From Candidatus Nomurabacteria bacterium (GTDB lineage: Bacteria; Patescibacteriota; Minisyncoccia; Phycocordibacterales; UBA9973): a stretch of 52,744 nt of DNA. Below the pieces are notes generated by a model, which made no database searches, had not been told where the DNA came from, and saw only the letters and a list, made by a program, of their open reading frames with translations. Location: NCBI GenBank assembly GCA_026395915.1, contig JAPLXU010000018.1, forward strand, positions 23,832 through 76,575, written 5' to 3'. Positions 33,953 through 42,568 of this stretch are shown piece after piece. The stretch's first letter is position 1. Every line of letters begins with the position of its first letter. The position numbers and the translations under genes are program-made.

Positions 33953-34927
33953 TTATTTATTTGGAGTCCATTTTCCTCCTGCTGTGACACAAGCGCCTTG
34001 GTAAGTATGTTGTGGGATACTACAAGTTCCTGTTCCAACCGCCCCGGGCAGTACTGGAGTTGTGGTCCATGTTCCTTTACCTGCACAATCTTCTGCTGTT
34101 GTAAATTGAGGAACGCTGCAGACGCCGGAAGTATTTGTTGCTGCAGATTGAATAGCAGGTGAGGTAACTGTTGCAGATGGAGTCCATGTCCCTTTACCTG
34201 CGCAGTCTTCTAATGTTGTGAATTGAGGGATACTGCAAGTGCCTGAAGGTATACTTACGGATACATTTGGCGGATTAATATCAGAGTTTAATAGATCTGG
34301 GTTTATAGTATAAAGGAGAGCATAGGCGCCGAGGGCTATCAAAAGTCCGAAAATTGCTTGCATTATCCTCTCCTTGCCCGCTTCTTTTGTGTGAGAAAGT
34401 TCGCTCGTCATGTATTCTATTCCTCCCACGACTATCATTACTACAGACAAAACCGCGCATAGGCCGATGAATAATTTTATCATTGGGTTTAAATACGCGC
34501 TCAAACCACCTGTGGTGCTGACATTATTGCTGGCATCACCAACATTGGGTAATGGAGCCAAAAGCTGATAAGTTGTATTTGTTGGAGATGTCACTGGTGC
34601 TGCTGGGTTTATGGTTACTGATGTATTTAGATTATTTTGTATTGCTGCTGGTGCTACATCTTGGCTAGCCCTATCTTGTATATAGTGTATTGTGTTAGCA
34701 GCAGCAGTTCTTTGTGCTAATAATTGGTTATATCTTTGTAAGTTTGCTCCTACAGCTGGCCTGCTTGATACAATATCAAATTCTGTTTGAGTTGAAGTTA
34801 TTATTGCTTGTTGAGCAGCTATTTGTGTTATCTCTGTGTCTGTCAGAGCTCGCGCGCTCACTTGTTTTATCGGACTAAAGAGTCCAATCATAACGATAAC
34901 TATTAAAATGTATTTTAGGTATTTCAT
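33953..34927 (-). CDS. T4SS pilin-like protein (VirB2/TrbC-type two-helix core) with long N-terminal region and C-terminal triple Cys-pair repeat
   Basis: Signal peptide MKYLKYILIVIVMIGLFSPIKQVSA. Core IKLFIGLCAVLSVVMIVVGGIEYMTSELSHTKEAGKERIMQAIFGLLIALGAYALLYTI fits the Gram-positive/CPR T4SS-pilin pattern. The C-terminus has 3 copies of C-S-[IV]-P-Q-x-T-x5-C-x2-[AK]-G-x-W-T. Confidence 0.6.
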   Translation of the reverse strand: MKYLKYILIVIVMIGLFSPIKQVSARALTDTEITQIAAQQAIITSTQTEFDIVSSRPAVGANLQRYNQLLAQRTAAANTIHYIQDRASQDVAPAAIQNNLNTSVTINPAAPVTSPTNTTYQLLAPLPNVGDASNNVSTTGGLSAYLNPMIKLFIGLCAVLSVVMIVVGGIEYMTSELSHTKEAGKERIMQAIFGLLIALGAYALLYTINPDLLNSDINPPNVSVSIPSGTCSIPQFTTLEDCAGKGTWTPSATVTSPAIQSAATNTSGVCSVPQFTTAEDCAGKGTWTTTPVLPGAVGTGTCSIPQHTYQGACVTAGGKWTPNK

Positions 34928-34928
34928 T

Positions 34929-35915
34929 TTAAAATTCTATATTTATCTCTTTGCTTGCTGTTTCAAAGATTTTATCTTTACTTGTAATATCAAGTCTTAA
35001 TTTAGAAGTCCCGTGTGTCCCCTCTTTTACTTGGAGTGGCATCAGGTATTTCTTATAATTTGTCAGATTTACTGAATTATCGTTTATGAGCCAGCTCCAA
35101 ACAAGTGATGGGGTCAGTATTTCTTCTGGCGAAATAAAATATGGCGCTGCCACAATCATATCACTCCCCCCTTGCATTTTGTGTGGGTCGGTGAGCGAAT
35201 GCTCCCAAATCGTTCCGAGGTTGGTGTCATTTCTATAAAATAATATTTTTGGTTGAGCTGTTCTTATGTCTATGTTCGCGTCGGATGAATATTTTTGATC
35301 CACAGTTGAAGCTGTGACAGAAATATTGTTTGAATCTTCCAAATAATCATTAACAAAAACGAAAAAGTTTTTGCCGTAGCCTGAACCATCTACATTGTTA
35401 GTGTAATCTTTTTTCCAAGCGTAAGTCATGTTTTGCGGAGAAACATAACTCGAACCGTTTCTTATTTCTGGCATAGCCACCACTTTCACTTCGCTGTCTG
35501 GTGTGGGCAAGGCTTTGCCTCTATAAAAAGGCGGAACATAAGAATCATTTGCTTGCCAGAGCAGAACCATCACGGAAGGCCTTATCGTTATATTTGTTTG
35601 TATAGGACCATCTGGCAGGGATATGGTGGCAACAACGTTTGTTTCTGCCCCGAGAGTGGGCGCAGTGGTGGAAAATGATTTATCCCCAACCCCAGAAGCG
35701 ATTGTTTTGCCATTTACAGACCAAGATATCAAGACGCTGTCCAAATTGTTCTCGTAACTTTTCAGAGTGATAGTTGTGTTTTCAAATGGCGCAGGATTAG
35801 GAGGCACGATATCAACCAAAATACCACTGGATGAATCAGCATTTGCTTTTAAAGCAAAACCCACAAACACCGCAAGTATCGTGATTAAACATAATGACGA
35901 AAATTTAAACCTCAT
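34929..35915 (-). CDS. Secreted hypothetical protein, 328 aa (T4SS-like locus)
   Basis: Signal peptide MRFKFSSLCLITILAVFVGFALKANA. Composition looks beta-rich. 1-nt gap to the pilin-like gene. Confidence 0.55.
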   Translation of the reverse strand: MRFKFSSLCLITILAVFVGFALKANADSSSGILVDIVPPNPAPFENTTITLKSYENNLDSVLISWSVNGKTIASGVGDKSFSTTAPTLGAETNVVATISLPDGPIQTNITIRPSVMVLLWQANDSYVPPFYRGKALPTPDSEVKVVAMPEIRNGSSYVSPQNMTYAWKKDYTNNVDGSGYGKNFFVFVNDYLEDSNNISVTASTVDQKYSSDANIDIRTAQPKILFYRNDTNLGTIWEHSLTDPHKMQGGSDMIVAAPYFISPEEILTPSLVWSWLINDNSVNLTNYKKYLMPLQVKEGTHGTSKLRLDITSKDKIFETASKEINIEF

Positions 35916-35927
35916 AGTTTAAGTATA

Positions 35928-37790
35928 TCACTTTTTAATTTCTGACGCTTCTAGTTCCGCTTTGGCCTTTTTATTTGATAATATTTGCGATGGATCGGAA
36001 GTAATAATCTGATCCTCTATATATGAAGCGATGATTTTTATGGCGACGTGTTTCAATCCGGCGAAAAATATGCCTTCCCCGACGCTCGATTCCAAAAGAA
36101 GGTATTTTTCCTCATCCGTCAGATTGAAAGTTTTTTGCAAAATATCTATGGTGGTCGGAGATTGTTTTAATAACATCTGAATTGAAGAGTTGGTGATTAT
36201 AGGCACGCCGTAGGGGGACTTCATAAAGTCAGCTGCGTCTTGGGTAATTGTGGAAAGCCCCAAATAATATTTTCTACCTCTTTTGGCGATGGAGTAAAGG
36301 AAAGAAGCAGTGTCTTCTGATTTCATCATCCACCAAGCCTCATCGACAACCAGTAAACGCTTTTTCAAATTCTTGCGTATAGCGTTCCAAATAAAGTGCA
36401 TGACTATGTACATAGCGACCGGTTTTAATTCGTCCTCCATATCGCGGACAGAAAAAACGACGAATTTTTTGTTTATATCAACATTACTCGGTCTGTTTAG
36501 AAATGTTGCCCAAGAGCCTTTTGTATATTTCGCTAAACGAGTAACTATCGATTCGCTTCCATCCATTCCACTAAGCACCATTTCAAAGTCCGAAAGAAGC
36601 GGAGGTTCAATATTTGAAAAATCAGATTCCGGTGTGATGTCTTTTATGGCATAAGTTTCCGAAATAGCTCGATCCACTAGCGAATCTTCTTCAGGTGTAA
36701 GTCCTCCAAGCATCAATCGGAAAAGCCCGACTAAGTTTATAGTGTTAGATCGGAGGACGTCTTCTGCTGTCTCGTCTTCGCGCGGTATCGGCAAATCAAA
36801 AGGGTTCATGTGGTGGTCTGATGAAAGAGAAATGTTGAAATATCGTCCGCCCACTGCTTCTGCCAAGAATTCGTATTCCCGTTCCGGATCGATGACTATC
36901 ACGTCAGTATCAAACATTAGAGATCGGAGAATTTCCAGCTTTGTCGCGTAAGACTTTCCCGAACCAGATTTGGCGAAAGTCACTGAATTGTAGTTCTCTA
37001 AGCTGAATCTGTCGAAGATAACTAGGGACGAATTGTGTCTGTTGATGCCGTAAAGAATTCCTTTATCAGAAGTCAGGTCGAAAGAAATAAACGGAAAAAT
37101 ACTGGAAAGCGGTTCAGAGTTTAATTTCTGATGGATATTCAAGAGATCGGTATTTATCGGTATGACGCTTTTGAAACCGGTTTCTTGTTGGAAAAGCGCA
37201 GGTTTGATGTAAATCAATTTTGATTCAAGTATTGATTTTATTTCATTTTCTATTTTAAACAATTCCATGTCATTGTCGGCGTAAATCGTGATATAAATGC
37301 CAACGTCAAACATTTTTTCTTGGGCTTGAATCAAGTTGTCGCGGAGCCCTTCTAGGTCTTGATAAGAAGTATCAAGCATCGGGTCGCGCACCATACCTTT
37401 CGTGTTTCGCGCATTTATTTGGCTTTGAACTTCGGCGACTTTTTTCTGAAACTGTCGCAACATCAGGGATGTGTCTATCGGATGGATGAAAATTGAGATA
37501 TCAAAAATTTTGTCTAAATTTATTATTGGAGAAAACCAGTTGTCAGTCAAAAATCTCGGATAAGACATTATGAAAAATGTGCGAGCGATTTTGTCGCCCA
37601 AGTTTATGGATTTTGATTCGATCTTGAGCGCAGAAGGAGCTATTATGTCTTGAAGTTCCAGACTCGCCGATTCATAGATTTGTTCTGGCAACACCGCCAA
37701 CATGGAAGCGTTTGCGCCATCTGAAGCGGAGCTTGTTTCAGCAACGCCAGTCTCACTTTTTTTCTTTTTAAATATATCTAAAATTCCCAT
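35928..37790 (-). CDS. virB4: VirB4/TraC/PrgJ-type T4SS ATPase (C-terminal two-thirds of a Gram-positive-type VirB4)
   Basis: DIIAPSALKIESKSINLGDKIARTFFIMSYPRFL, Walker A FAKSGSGKSYATK, Walker B RLLVVDEAWWMM, later GLSTITQD. Confidence 0.88.
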   Translation of the reverse strand: MGILDIFKKKKSETGVAETSSASDGANASMLAVLPEQIYESASLELQDIIAPSALKIESKSINLGDKIARTFFIMSYPRFLTDNWFSPIINLDKIFDISIFIHPIDTSLMLRQFQKKVAEVQSQINARNTKGMVRDPMLDTSYQDLEGLRDNLIQAQEKMFDVGIYITIYADNDMELFKIENEIKSILESKLIYIKPALFQQETGFKSVIPINTDLLNIHQKLNSEPLSSIFPFISFDLTSDKGILYGINRHNSSLVIFDRFSLENYNSVTFAKSGSGKSYATKLEILRSLMFDTDVIVIDPEREYEFLAEAVGGRYFNISLSSDHHMNPFDLPIPREDETAEDVLRSNTINLVGLFRLMLGGLTPEEDSLVDRAISETYAIKDITPESDFSNIEPPLLSDFEMVLSGMDGSESIVTRLAKYTKGSWATFLNRPSNVDINKKFVVFSVRDMEDELKPVAMYIVMHFIWNAIRKNLKKRLLVVDEAWWMMKSEDTASFLYSIAKRGRKYYLGLSTITQDAADFMKSPYGVPIITNSSIQMLLKQSPTTIDILQKTFNLTDEEKYLLLESSVGEGIFFAGLKHVAIKIIASYIEDQIITSDPSQILSNKKAKAELEASEIKK

Positions 37791-37803
37791 ATATTAATAG
37801 TTG

Positions 37804-37902
37804 AAAGTTATAAAGTTCATAAAGTTATAAAGTGAATTATACATTAAATTTTTGTTTTTTGATTTTACTTGATAAACTTTCCACTTTAAAACTTTTTACT
37901 TG
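37804..37902. promoter_or_regulatory. Symmetric pentamer array in the 121-nt gap inside the locus: 4x AAAGT then 5x ACTT(T/G) in inverted orientation
   Basis: AAAGT at 37804, 37812, 37821 and 37829. ACTT[T/G] at 37867, 37876, 37883, 37891 and 37898. Spacing is 7-9 nt. Confidence 0.35.
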
Positions 37903-37911
37903 AAGATTAAG

Positions 37912-38550
37912 CTATTCCAGCTTAATCTTCCCTTCCAATTCCCCCGGATTGAAAACTTTATAAAATACTTCCACAACTTCTTCTGTACCCAACTGAACTG
38001 ATTTTATGCCACAACGACTGAGTCCCTGTTCTATGACCCCTACCCTTTCTTCAAGTTGGGATCTTTTTTCTTCAAAATCTTCCTGTTTTGCCAAATTCAT
38101 CTCTGCTTTATTTTTTTTGGTGAAAAATCTTGAAAGTATTCCAGAATCCGATTTCAAAACTGTGTGAGTGTACGGGATAACTACAAAAAAGCTTTTGGTC
38201 ATTATACTTACCGACTCGGTGAAATTTCTGATAAATTCTATATATTCTTTTGTCTGTAATTTAAGCAAAGGTTCGCTTTGTACTTTCATCCTATCTTCCA
38301 AAAGCAAGAGATAAGGTCGGATATCCAGCCTTCTGCTTTGGATCGATATTTGAATGGCGAAGTCTAAAGTGTTGAGGAAACTTTGAAACTGAAGGATAGT
38401 TGCCTTTTGTTCGTCATCTGATTTCAAAGAAAGGTTGACTGAGTTCGCGAGCACGATCGCGCGCAAGCCGCCGTCTTTGAGCACGATTACTCCATCGCGG
38501 ACTTCCTTGATCGGTACAAATTCTTGAGTTGCTTTTGCGTTTAATGCCAT
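37912..38550 (-). CDS. VirB4 N-terminal-domain-like protein (212 aa), apparently the detached N-terminal third of VirB4
   Basis: QEFVPIKEVRDGVIVLKDGGLRAIVLANSVNLSLKSDDEQKATILQFQSFLNTL matches my recollection of the N-terminal pattern of Gram-positive conjugative VirB4 proteins (vPIkdI.dGiI.tkDg.y.kilev.pinf.LkS..Eq..ii..f..fL). Confidence 0.5.
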   Translation of the reverse strand: MALNAKATQEFVPIKEVRDGVIVLKDGGLRAIVLANSVNLSLKSDDEQKATILQFQSFLNTLDFAIQISIQSRRLDIRPYLLLLEDRMKVQSEPLLKLQTKEYIEFIRNFTESVSIMTKSFFVVIPYTHTVLKSDSGILSRFFTKKNKAEMNLAKQEDFEEKRSQLEERVGVIEQGLSRCGIKSVQLGTEEVVEVFYKVFNPGELEGKIKLE

Positions 38551-38551
38551 A

Positions 38552-38989
38552 TTATTTATTGTTTATATGCTTGCTTAAATCTAACACATCCAAACTCCAA
38601 GCCAAATCTCGCAACTTGTTCCCGCCTAGTCGGACTGAATTCTCTAATTTTTCTCTACCCTCTGTGTTTTCCAAAGTTTGTCCTACTTGTTTGTTTTTGT
38701 CGATTTTTTTCGTGCGTCTTTTCCAAATATAAAGCTTGCTTTGGAAAGAATAATTAAAAGCCGCTTCGATCATATCAATGAAAGGTTTGTTGTTTGGGCG
38801 ATAACGAGCGAGAGCTATAGAAAATCCTGCCACGATCAAAATCGGGATTGCGCCCAAGAACAGTCCCAACAATTTATAAAGCACAAAACACAGACCTGCT
38901 CCACCTGCCAAGTAAACAAACTCCTTGAAAGTAAACGGTCCAAAGATTTTGTCTTCTATGTCCAAAAATTGTGGTACTTTGAATTGCAT
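38552..38989 (-). CDS. PrgI-family (VirB3-like) two-TM T4SS protein; start reassigned to MQFKVPQFLDIEDK
   Basis: MQFKVPQFLDIEDKIFGPFTFKEFVYLAGGAGLCFVLYKLLGLFLGAIPILIVAGFSIALA is the PrgI-family signature N-terminus with two TM helices. The track ORF's upstream extension overlaps the preceding gene. Confidence 0.7.
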   Translation of the reverse strand: MQFKVPQFLDIEDKIFGPFTFKEFVYLAGGAGLCFVLYKLLGLFLGAIPILIVAGFSIALARYRPNNKPFIDMIEAAFNYSFQSKLYIWKRRTKKIDKNKQVGQTLENTEGREKLENSVRLGGNKLRDLAWSLDVLDLSKHINNK

Positions 38990-38993
38990 AATT

Positions 38994-39650
38994 TTATTCT
39001 GGTGCCAAACGATACGGATCTGCATTTTTTGGGTAAGCTTTTGGCGCTTGTGGCAGAGGAGTGCTTCCGGCTTTTGTGATATTCTCAAGTGAATGGTCGG
39101 TTTTGACTGCCGGAATTTGCACAGTGCCAGACAGTTTTTGCGCCAAGATTGTCTGGACTGGTTCCGGATTTTCTATTTTCTTCAATATATCTTCCCTGTT
39201 TTCCGCGGGTTTTTCTCCACCTACTATCTCCAATTTTTCAGGAACGATTTCAATGCCAACAGAGCTTAGAACTTTCATATCATTCACATCATTTTTTTCA
39301 ATTTTTACAAACGTTTTTTTTCTCTCAATATTTTTGATTAATTCTTCACGGATTTTTTTGAAAACCAGATCATTCATTTCGTTTACCAACTCGTTTGCAG
39401 CCATTTTTGAAATTTTCAGTCGATTTTCCAACTCTTTCGGATAATCTTTTCCGCTGACAAGCCCGCAAAGCAGTAATTCCGTTTCGAGTTCTAGGTCACC
39501 CAACTGCTCAAAGGTGTATCCATACTTGCTTCGAAGTTCCAAGACAGCTGTTTTCCAATCAATAGCGTCAATAGCGTTAGCAGTTTCGAGTGGCAACTCC
39601 CTTTTGGCTTTTTCTATCTTTATTTTTAACAAATCTACTGTGTCATCCAT
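38994..39650 (-). CDS. Cytoplasmic hypothetical protein, 218 aa, paralogue of the upstream 170-aa gene
   Basis: Shares LP-x-ET-x2-AI-x3-DW ... KY ... ET-x-L-x-L-x-GL ... Y ... EN with the 39665..40177 product. No TM. Confidence 0.55.
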   Translation of the reverse strand: MDDTVDLLKIKIEKAKRELPLETANAIDAIDWKTAVLELRSKYGYTFEQLGDLELETELLLCGLVSGKDYPKELENRLKISKMAANELVNEMNDLVFKKIREELIKNIERKKTFVKIEKNDVNDMKVLSSVGIEIVPEKLEIVGGEKPAENREDILKKIENPEPVQTILAQKLSGTVQIPAVKTDHSLENITKAGSTPLPQAPKAYPKNADPYRLAPE

Positions 39651-39664
39651 AATATTATTATACC

Positions 39665-40177
39665 TTATTTATTCCCCTCTTGAGGGGTGGCTGAAAGCCG
39701 GGGTGGAAATATCTGTCCACCTCCCTCCGACTTATGGTCGGAGTGCTCCTCAAGAGGAGAATTTTCGCGTGTCGGTTTTACAAATGCGGAATAATCTCCG
39801 CCGGAAAGGATAAAATCAAGATTTTGCTCCGGACTCGGATTCTTGGCTTTCAGATTTTTTTTGACTTTTTCTTCCAAAAGGTCGCCAATCGGAGTGAATA
39901 TTTTTTGAAAGGCTTCTCCGGCGATTTTCTCCGCTTCTTCTTTGCTGGTGCCAACCTCATTTTCGATATTTTGTGCGTAATAGTTTCCGTCTTCCAAGCC
40001 GACGAGAACCAACAAAGTTTCCACTTGCAAATTGTTTATCTCGCTTTCGTCAAACAGATATTTTTTGCCGATTTCTTCAGTAATGCTTCCCCAATCCAAA
40101 GAATTGATAGCCTCTTGAGTCTCTCTTGGCAATTTTGCAATTTCGTCTTGAATTATTTGTTTTAATTTTTCTGTCAT
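39665..40177 (-). CDS. Cytoplasmic hypothetical protein, 170 aa, paralogue of the 218-aa gene; C-terminal 30 aa encoded by a palindromic element
   Basis: See the motif list for 38994..39650. The ORF reads through the element at 39672-39761 and stops at a TAA just beyond it. Confidence 0.55.
   Translation of the reverse strand: MTEKLKQIIQDEIAKLPRETQEAINSLDWGSITEEIGKKYLFDESEINNLQVETLLVLVGLEDGNYYAQNIENEVGTSKEEAEKIAGEAFQKIFTPIGDLLEEKVKKNLKAKNPSPEQNLDFILSGGDYSAFVKPTRENSPLEEHSDHKSEGGGQIFPPRLSATPQEGNK
39672..39761. repeat. 90-bp MITE-like element with 16-bp imperfect TIRs and three internal stem-loops (copy 1)
   Basis: TTCCCCTCTTGAGGGG...CTCCTCAAGAGGAGAA (TIR 14/16). Internal stem-loops GGCT-gaa-AGCC, GGTGGA-aatatctg-TCCACC and CTCCGAC-ttatg-GTCGGAG. 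It shares 22-nt and 18-nt identical ends with 47296-47379. Confidence 0.8.
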
Positions 40178-40183
40178 AAATTT

Positions 40184-42514
40184 TTAATGATGTTCTCCAC
40201 TTTCTCCTTTAGGTGCTTCGTGCTTTTCCTCCTTTTTCTCTTCATGTTTAGGGGCTGGAGCATGTCCTCCGCCTCCTCCACCATGTCCCTTACTCCCACC
40301 AGAGCTTTCTATTTTTGATTCCATTCTTATTTTATGATTGGCTTCTCTAACTGTACGTCTACCCAGATCAGTCTTGTTGTATTTTCCTCCAGTAAAGAAG
40401 CGATTCCATTTTTCTTCTCTTTCTGCGTATGCCCATTTTCTGCTTCTATTTTCTGTCTCTATGTGGTGCTCGGCTTCCGGGATGAGGTTATCTTCATAGT
40501 CATTTATTGAATATTCTTTTTCTTTTTCCTCTTTTGTTTCTGGATCAATGAATTTTACCTTCTTTTTTGCAGTTGTACTATATCTTTTCAATTTCCCTTC
40601 ATCTTCTTTTCTTAGAGCACTAAATTCTGTAGGTTGAAAATCTGTTCCACTCTTTATCGCTTTCTTGTGCTCTTTTAGTTCTGCTAATTTGTTTTCAGAT
40701 TTTTCGTAAGCATCTTTATCTGCTTGGGTAGCTGTGGAAGATGTTGATTTTTTCTTTAAATCATCTCTATTTGTTCTTGCTCCCTTGATTCTTTCATCAA
40801 GCATTTTTATGTCATGAGAATATTCATTTAGAAGTTCTTGGTGATCTTCTTTAAGTGTGTTCAATTTTTGTTTTGATTCTTCATCTTCTCCGACCTCAAG
40901 CTGTTTTGCTCTTTCTTGTCGCTTCTTAACTTTGTCAGCTCTTGCTTGCAAATATCCACCTTCTTTTCCTTTTCCTAAATCTATTCCACCTGCTTTAGCC
41001 AAAGTTCCAAGCGGAGTGTTTCTTATATCAAAAGAAGCTTTGGAACCATAATTTACTGTTCTCAAAGCCATTCTGCTGGCAGCGCCTCCAAATCCGGTTC
41101 CCTTTGCAGCGTCTTGCAAACCTTTGCTACTTGCCGCTTTTGCAGCAAGTCCGCCAATCATTCCTGTTGCCCCTACGCCCGTTGCCAAAGCTGCCGCGCC
41201 CAATGCCATACCTCCGACTTTTAACGCTATTTCTCCAAATTCTCCTCCTCCTTTCTTTGCAAATTCGGTCGCCTTCAAAAGTATCGCCATGACTATTATT
41301 GCTGGTATCAAGATACCCAAAATAGTTCCTAGTATCGTCGTTGTATCCCCTCTAGTAAATTTGGATATATTTGGCAATAGCATAAATATAAGATATATGA
41401 AGAACATAAAAATTGGCGCCATAAACGATGTTGCGATTAGACGTTTAAGCCAAGCATCCCATCCGAGATATTCAACGCCAGCTAGTTTTGGTACCGTCCA
41501 AGACATAAAAGCGAAAGGAGAAAATATAATTAACATCCAAAGTTCTATTAATCTTCCTATGAACATGAGGCCGGCTATGAAAAAGGCGTAAGCGGCAAAT
41601 AACATAATTGCCCCAGCGATTACCATTATTCCAAGTGTTAAAGCGAAAGGTAAATCTGATGACGTTGCCTTAACGCCATTAACTGTTGTTGTTTTTAGTA
41701 AAGTTATAGTATTTTGTGTTATTAATTGAGTAGCGTCAAAAGTTTTCCACATCGCCCCAGATATGTCTTTTCCTCCTTGGAGTGCTGGATCACTCGGCCT
41801 AGATGAGCCGTTTGCATTTTGTGTACTAACATCAAGTTTATTATAAAAAATTAGAGCCAAGACGTTGGAGGAATCAATAACAATTTTTGTGAAAAACATA
41901 GAAAAATTTATAAGCAAAGCCATAATTACCACTTTGGCTATCATTTTTTTTGTTTCGTGACCTAGTCCTAAGATTGTTTGAATAGCTATATAAAGCAAAA
42001 CAAGAATGAAGAAAATATTAGAAATGTCTCTGACGACCGCCCATGCGACGGGAACAAAGCCAGAAGCGCTTGTCACAGAAGGACCTATTCCAATATTGAT
42101 CATAACATCAAAAAACTGCGCTGAAAGCCAGAGAATCCAAGAAGGAAGTTGAAAAATAGTGTAATAAAAAACTAATAACAAACATCCATTAAACCAAGTA
42201 GTTGGTGAGACTCCACAACCGTCATTAATTGCTCCTTTGAAGGCACTATCGCCTGATGATGTTGCCGTTGATGTTGTTGTTGATGATGCTGTCGGTGACC
42301 CTGTCGATGCTGTCGGTTGTGTTGGTGGATTTTGCTGAACATAATTTGTTGGAGCTGAAGCTGGAGAGTCAACACTTGGAACGCCAAAACTTGGATCAAA
42401 TGTTTGTGATGTATTGGAAGAATTATTTAATGCTTGCGCATTCACCTGCGCTATCGGACCAAAAAGTCCGACCAGAATAATCAGTATTAAAATGTATGAT
42501 ATAAATCTTTTCAT
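40184..42514 (-). CDS. VirB6/TrbL-like polytopic membrane protein with Ser/Thr/Pro-rich exported linker, long charged coiled-coil tail and Gly/His-rich C-terminus
   Basis: Signal peptide MKRFISYILILIILVGLFGPIAQVNA, at least 7 hydrophobic helices over residues ~110-470, then KKRQERAKQLEVGEDEESKQKLNTLKEDHQELL..., ending GGSKGHGGGGGGHAPAPKHEEKKEEKHEAPKGESGEHH. Confidence 0.6.
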   Translation of the reverse strand: MKRFISYILILIILVGLFGPIAQVNAQALNNSSNTSQTFDPSFGVPSVDSPASAPTNYVQQNPPTQPTASTGSPTASSTTTSTATSSGDSAFKGAINDGCGVSPTTWFNGCLLLVFYYTIFQLPSWILWLSAQFFDVMINIGIGPSVTSASGFVPVAWAVVRDISNIFFILVLLYIAIQTILGLGHETKKMIAKVVIMALLINFSMFFTKIVIDSSNVLALIFYNKLDVSTQNANGSSRPSDPALQGGKDISGAMWKTFDATQLITQNTITLLKTTTVNGVKATSSDLPFALTLGIMVIAGAIMLFAAYAFFIAGLMFIGRLIELWMLIIFSPFAFMSWTVPKLAGVEYLGWDAWLKRLIATSFMAPIFMFFIYLIFMLLPNISKFTRGDTTTILGTILGILIPAIIVMAILLKATEFAKKGGGEFGEIALKVGGMALGAAALATGVGATGMIGGLAAKAASSKGLQDAAKGTGFGGAASRMALRTVNYGSKASFDIRNTPLGTLAKAGGIDLGKGKEGGYLQARADKVKKRQERAKQLEVGEDEESKQKLNTLKEDHQELLNEYSHDIKMLDERIKGARTNRDDLKKKSTSSTATQADKDAYEKSENKLAELKEHKKAIKSGTDFQPTEFSALRKEDEGKLKRYSTTAKKKVKFIDPETKEEKEKEYSINDYEDNLIPEAEHHIETENRSRKWAYAEREEKWNRFFTGGKYNKTDLGRRTVREANHKIRMESKIESSGGSKGHGGGGGGHAPAPKHEEKKEEKHEAPKGESGEHH

Positions 42515-42568
42515 TATTTTATTTTTACCAACTTTCTACTTTGCGTCCGAAACAGAATTATGTTGTAT

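Noticed and set aside
38990-39088. Upstream extension of the PrgI-like ORF
   Set aside because: It overlaps the 3' end of the preceding gene by about 95 nt. The family signature starts at MQFKVPQF, 4 nt after that gene's stop.
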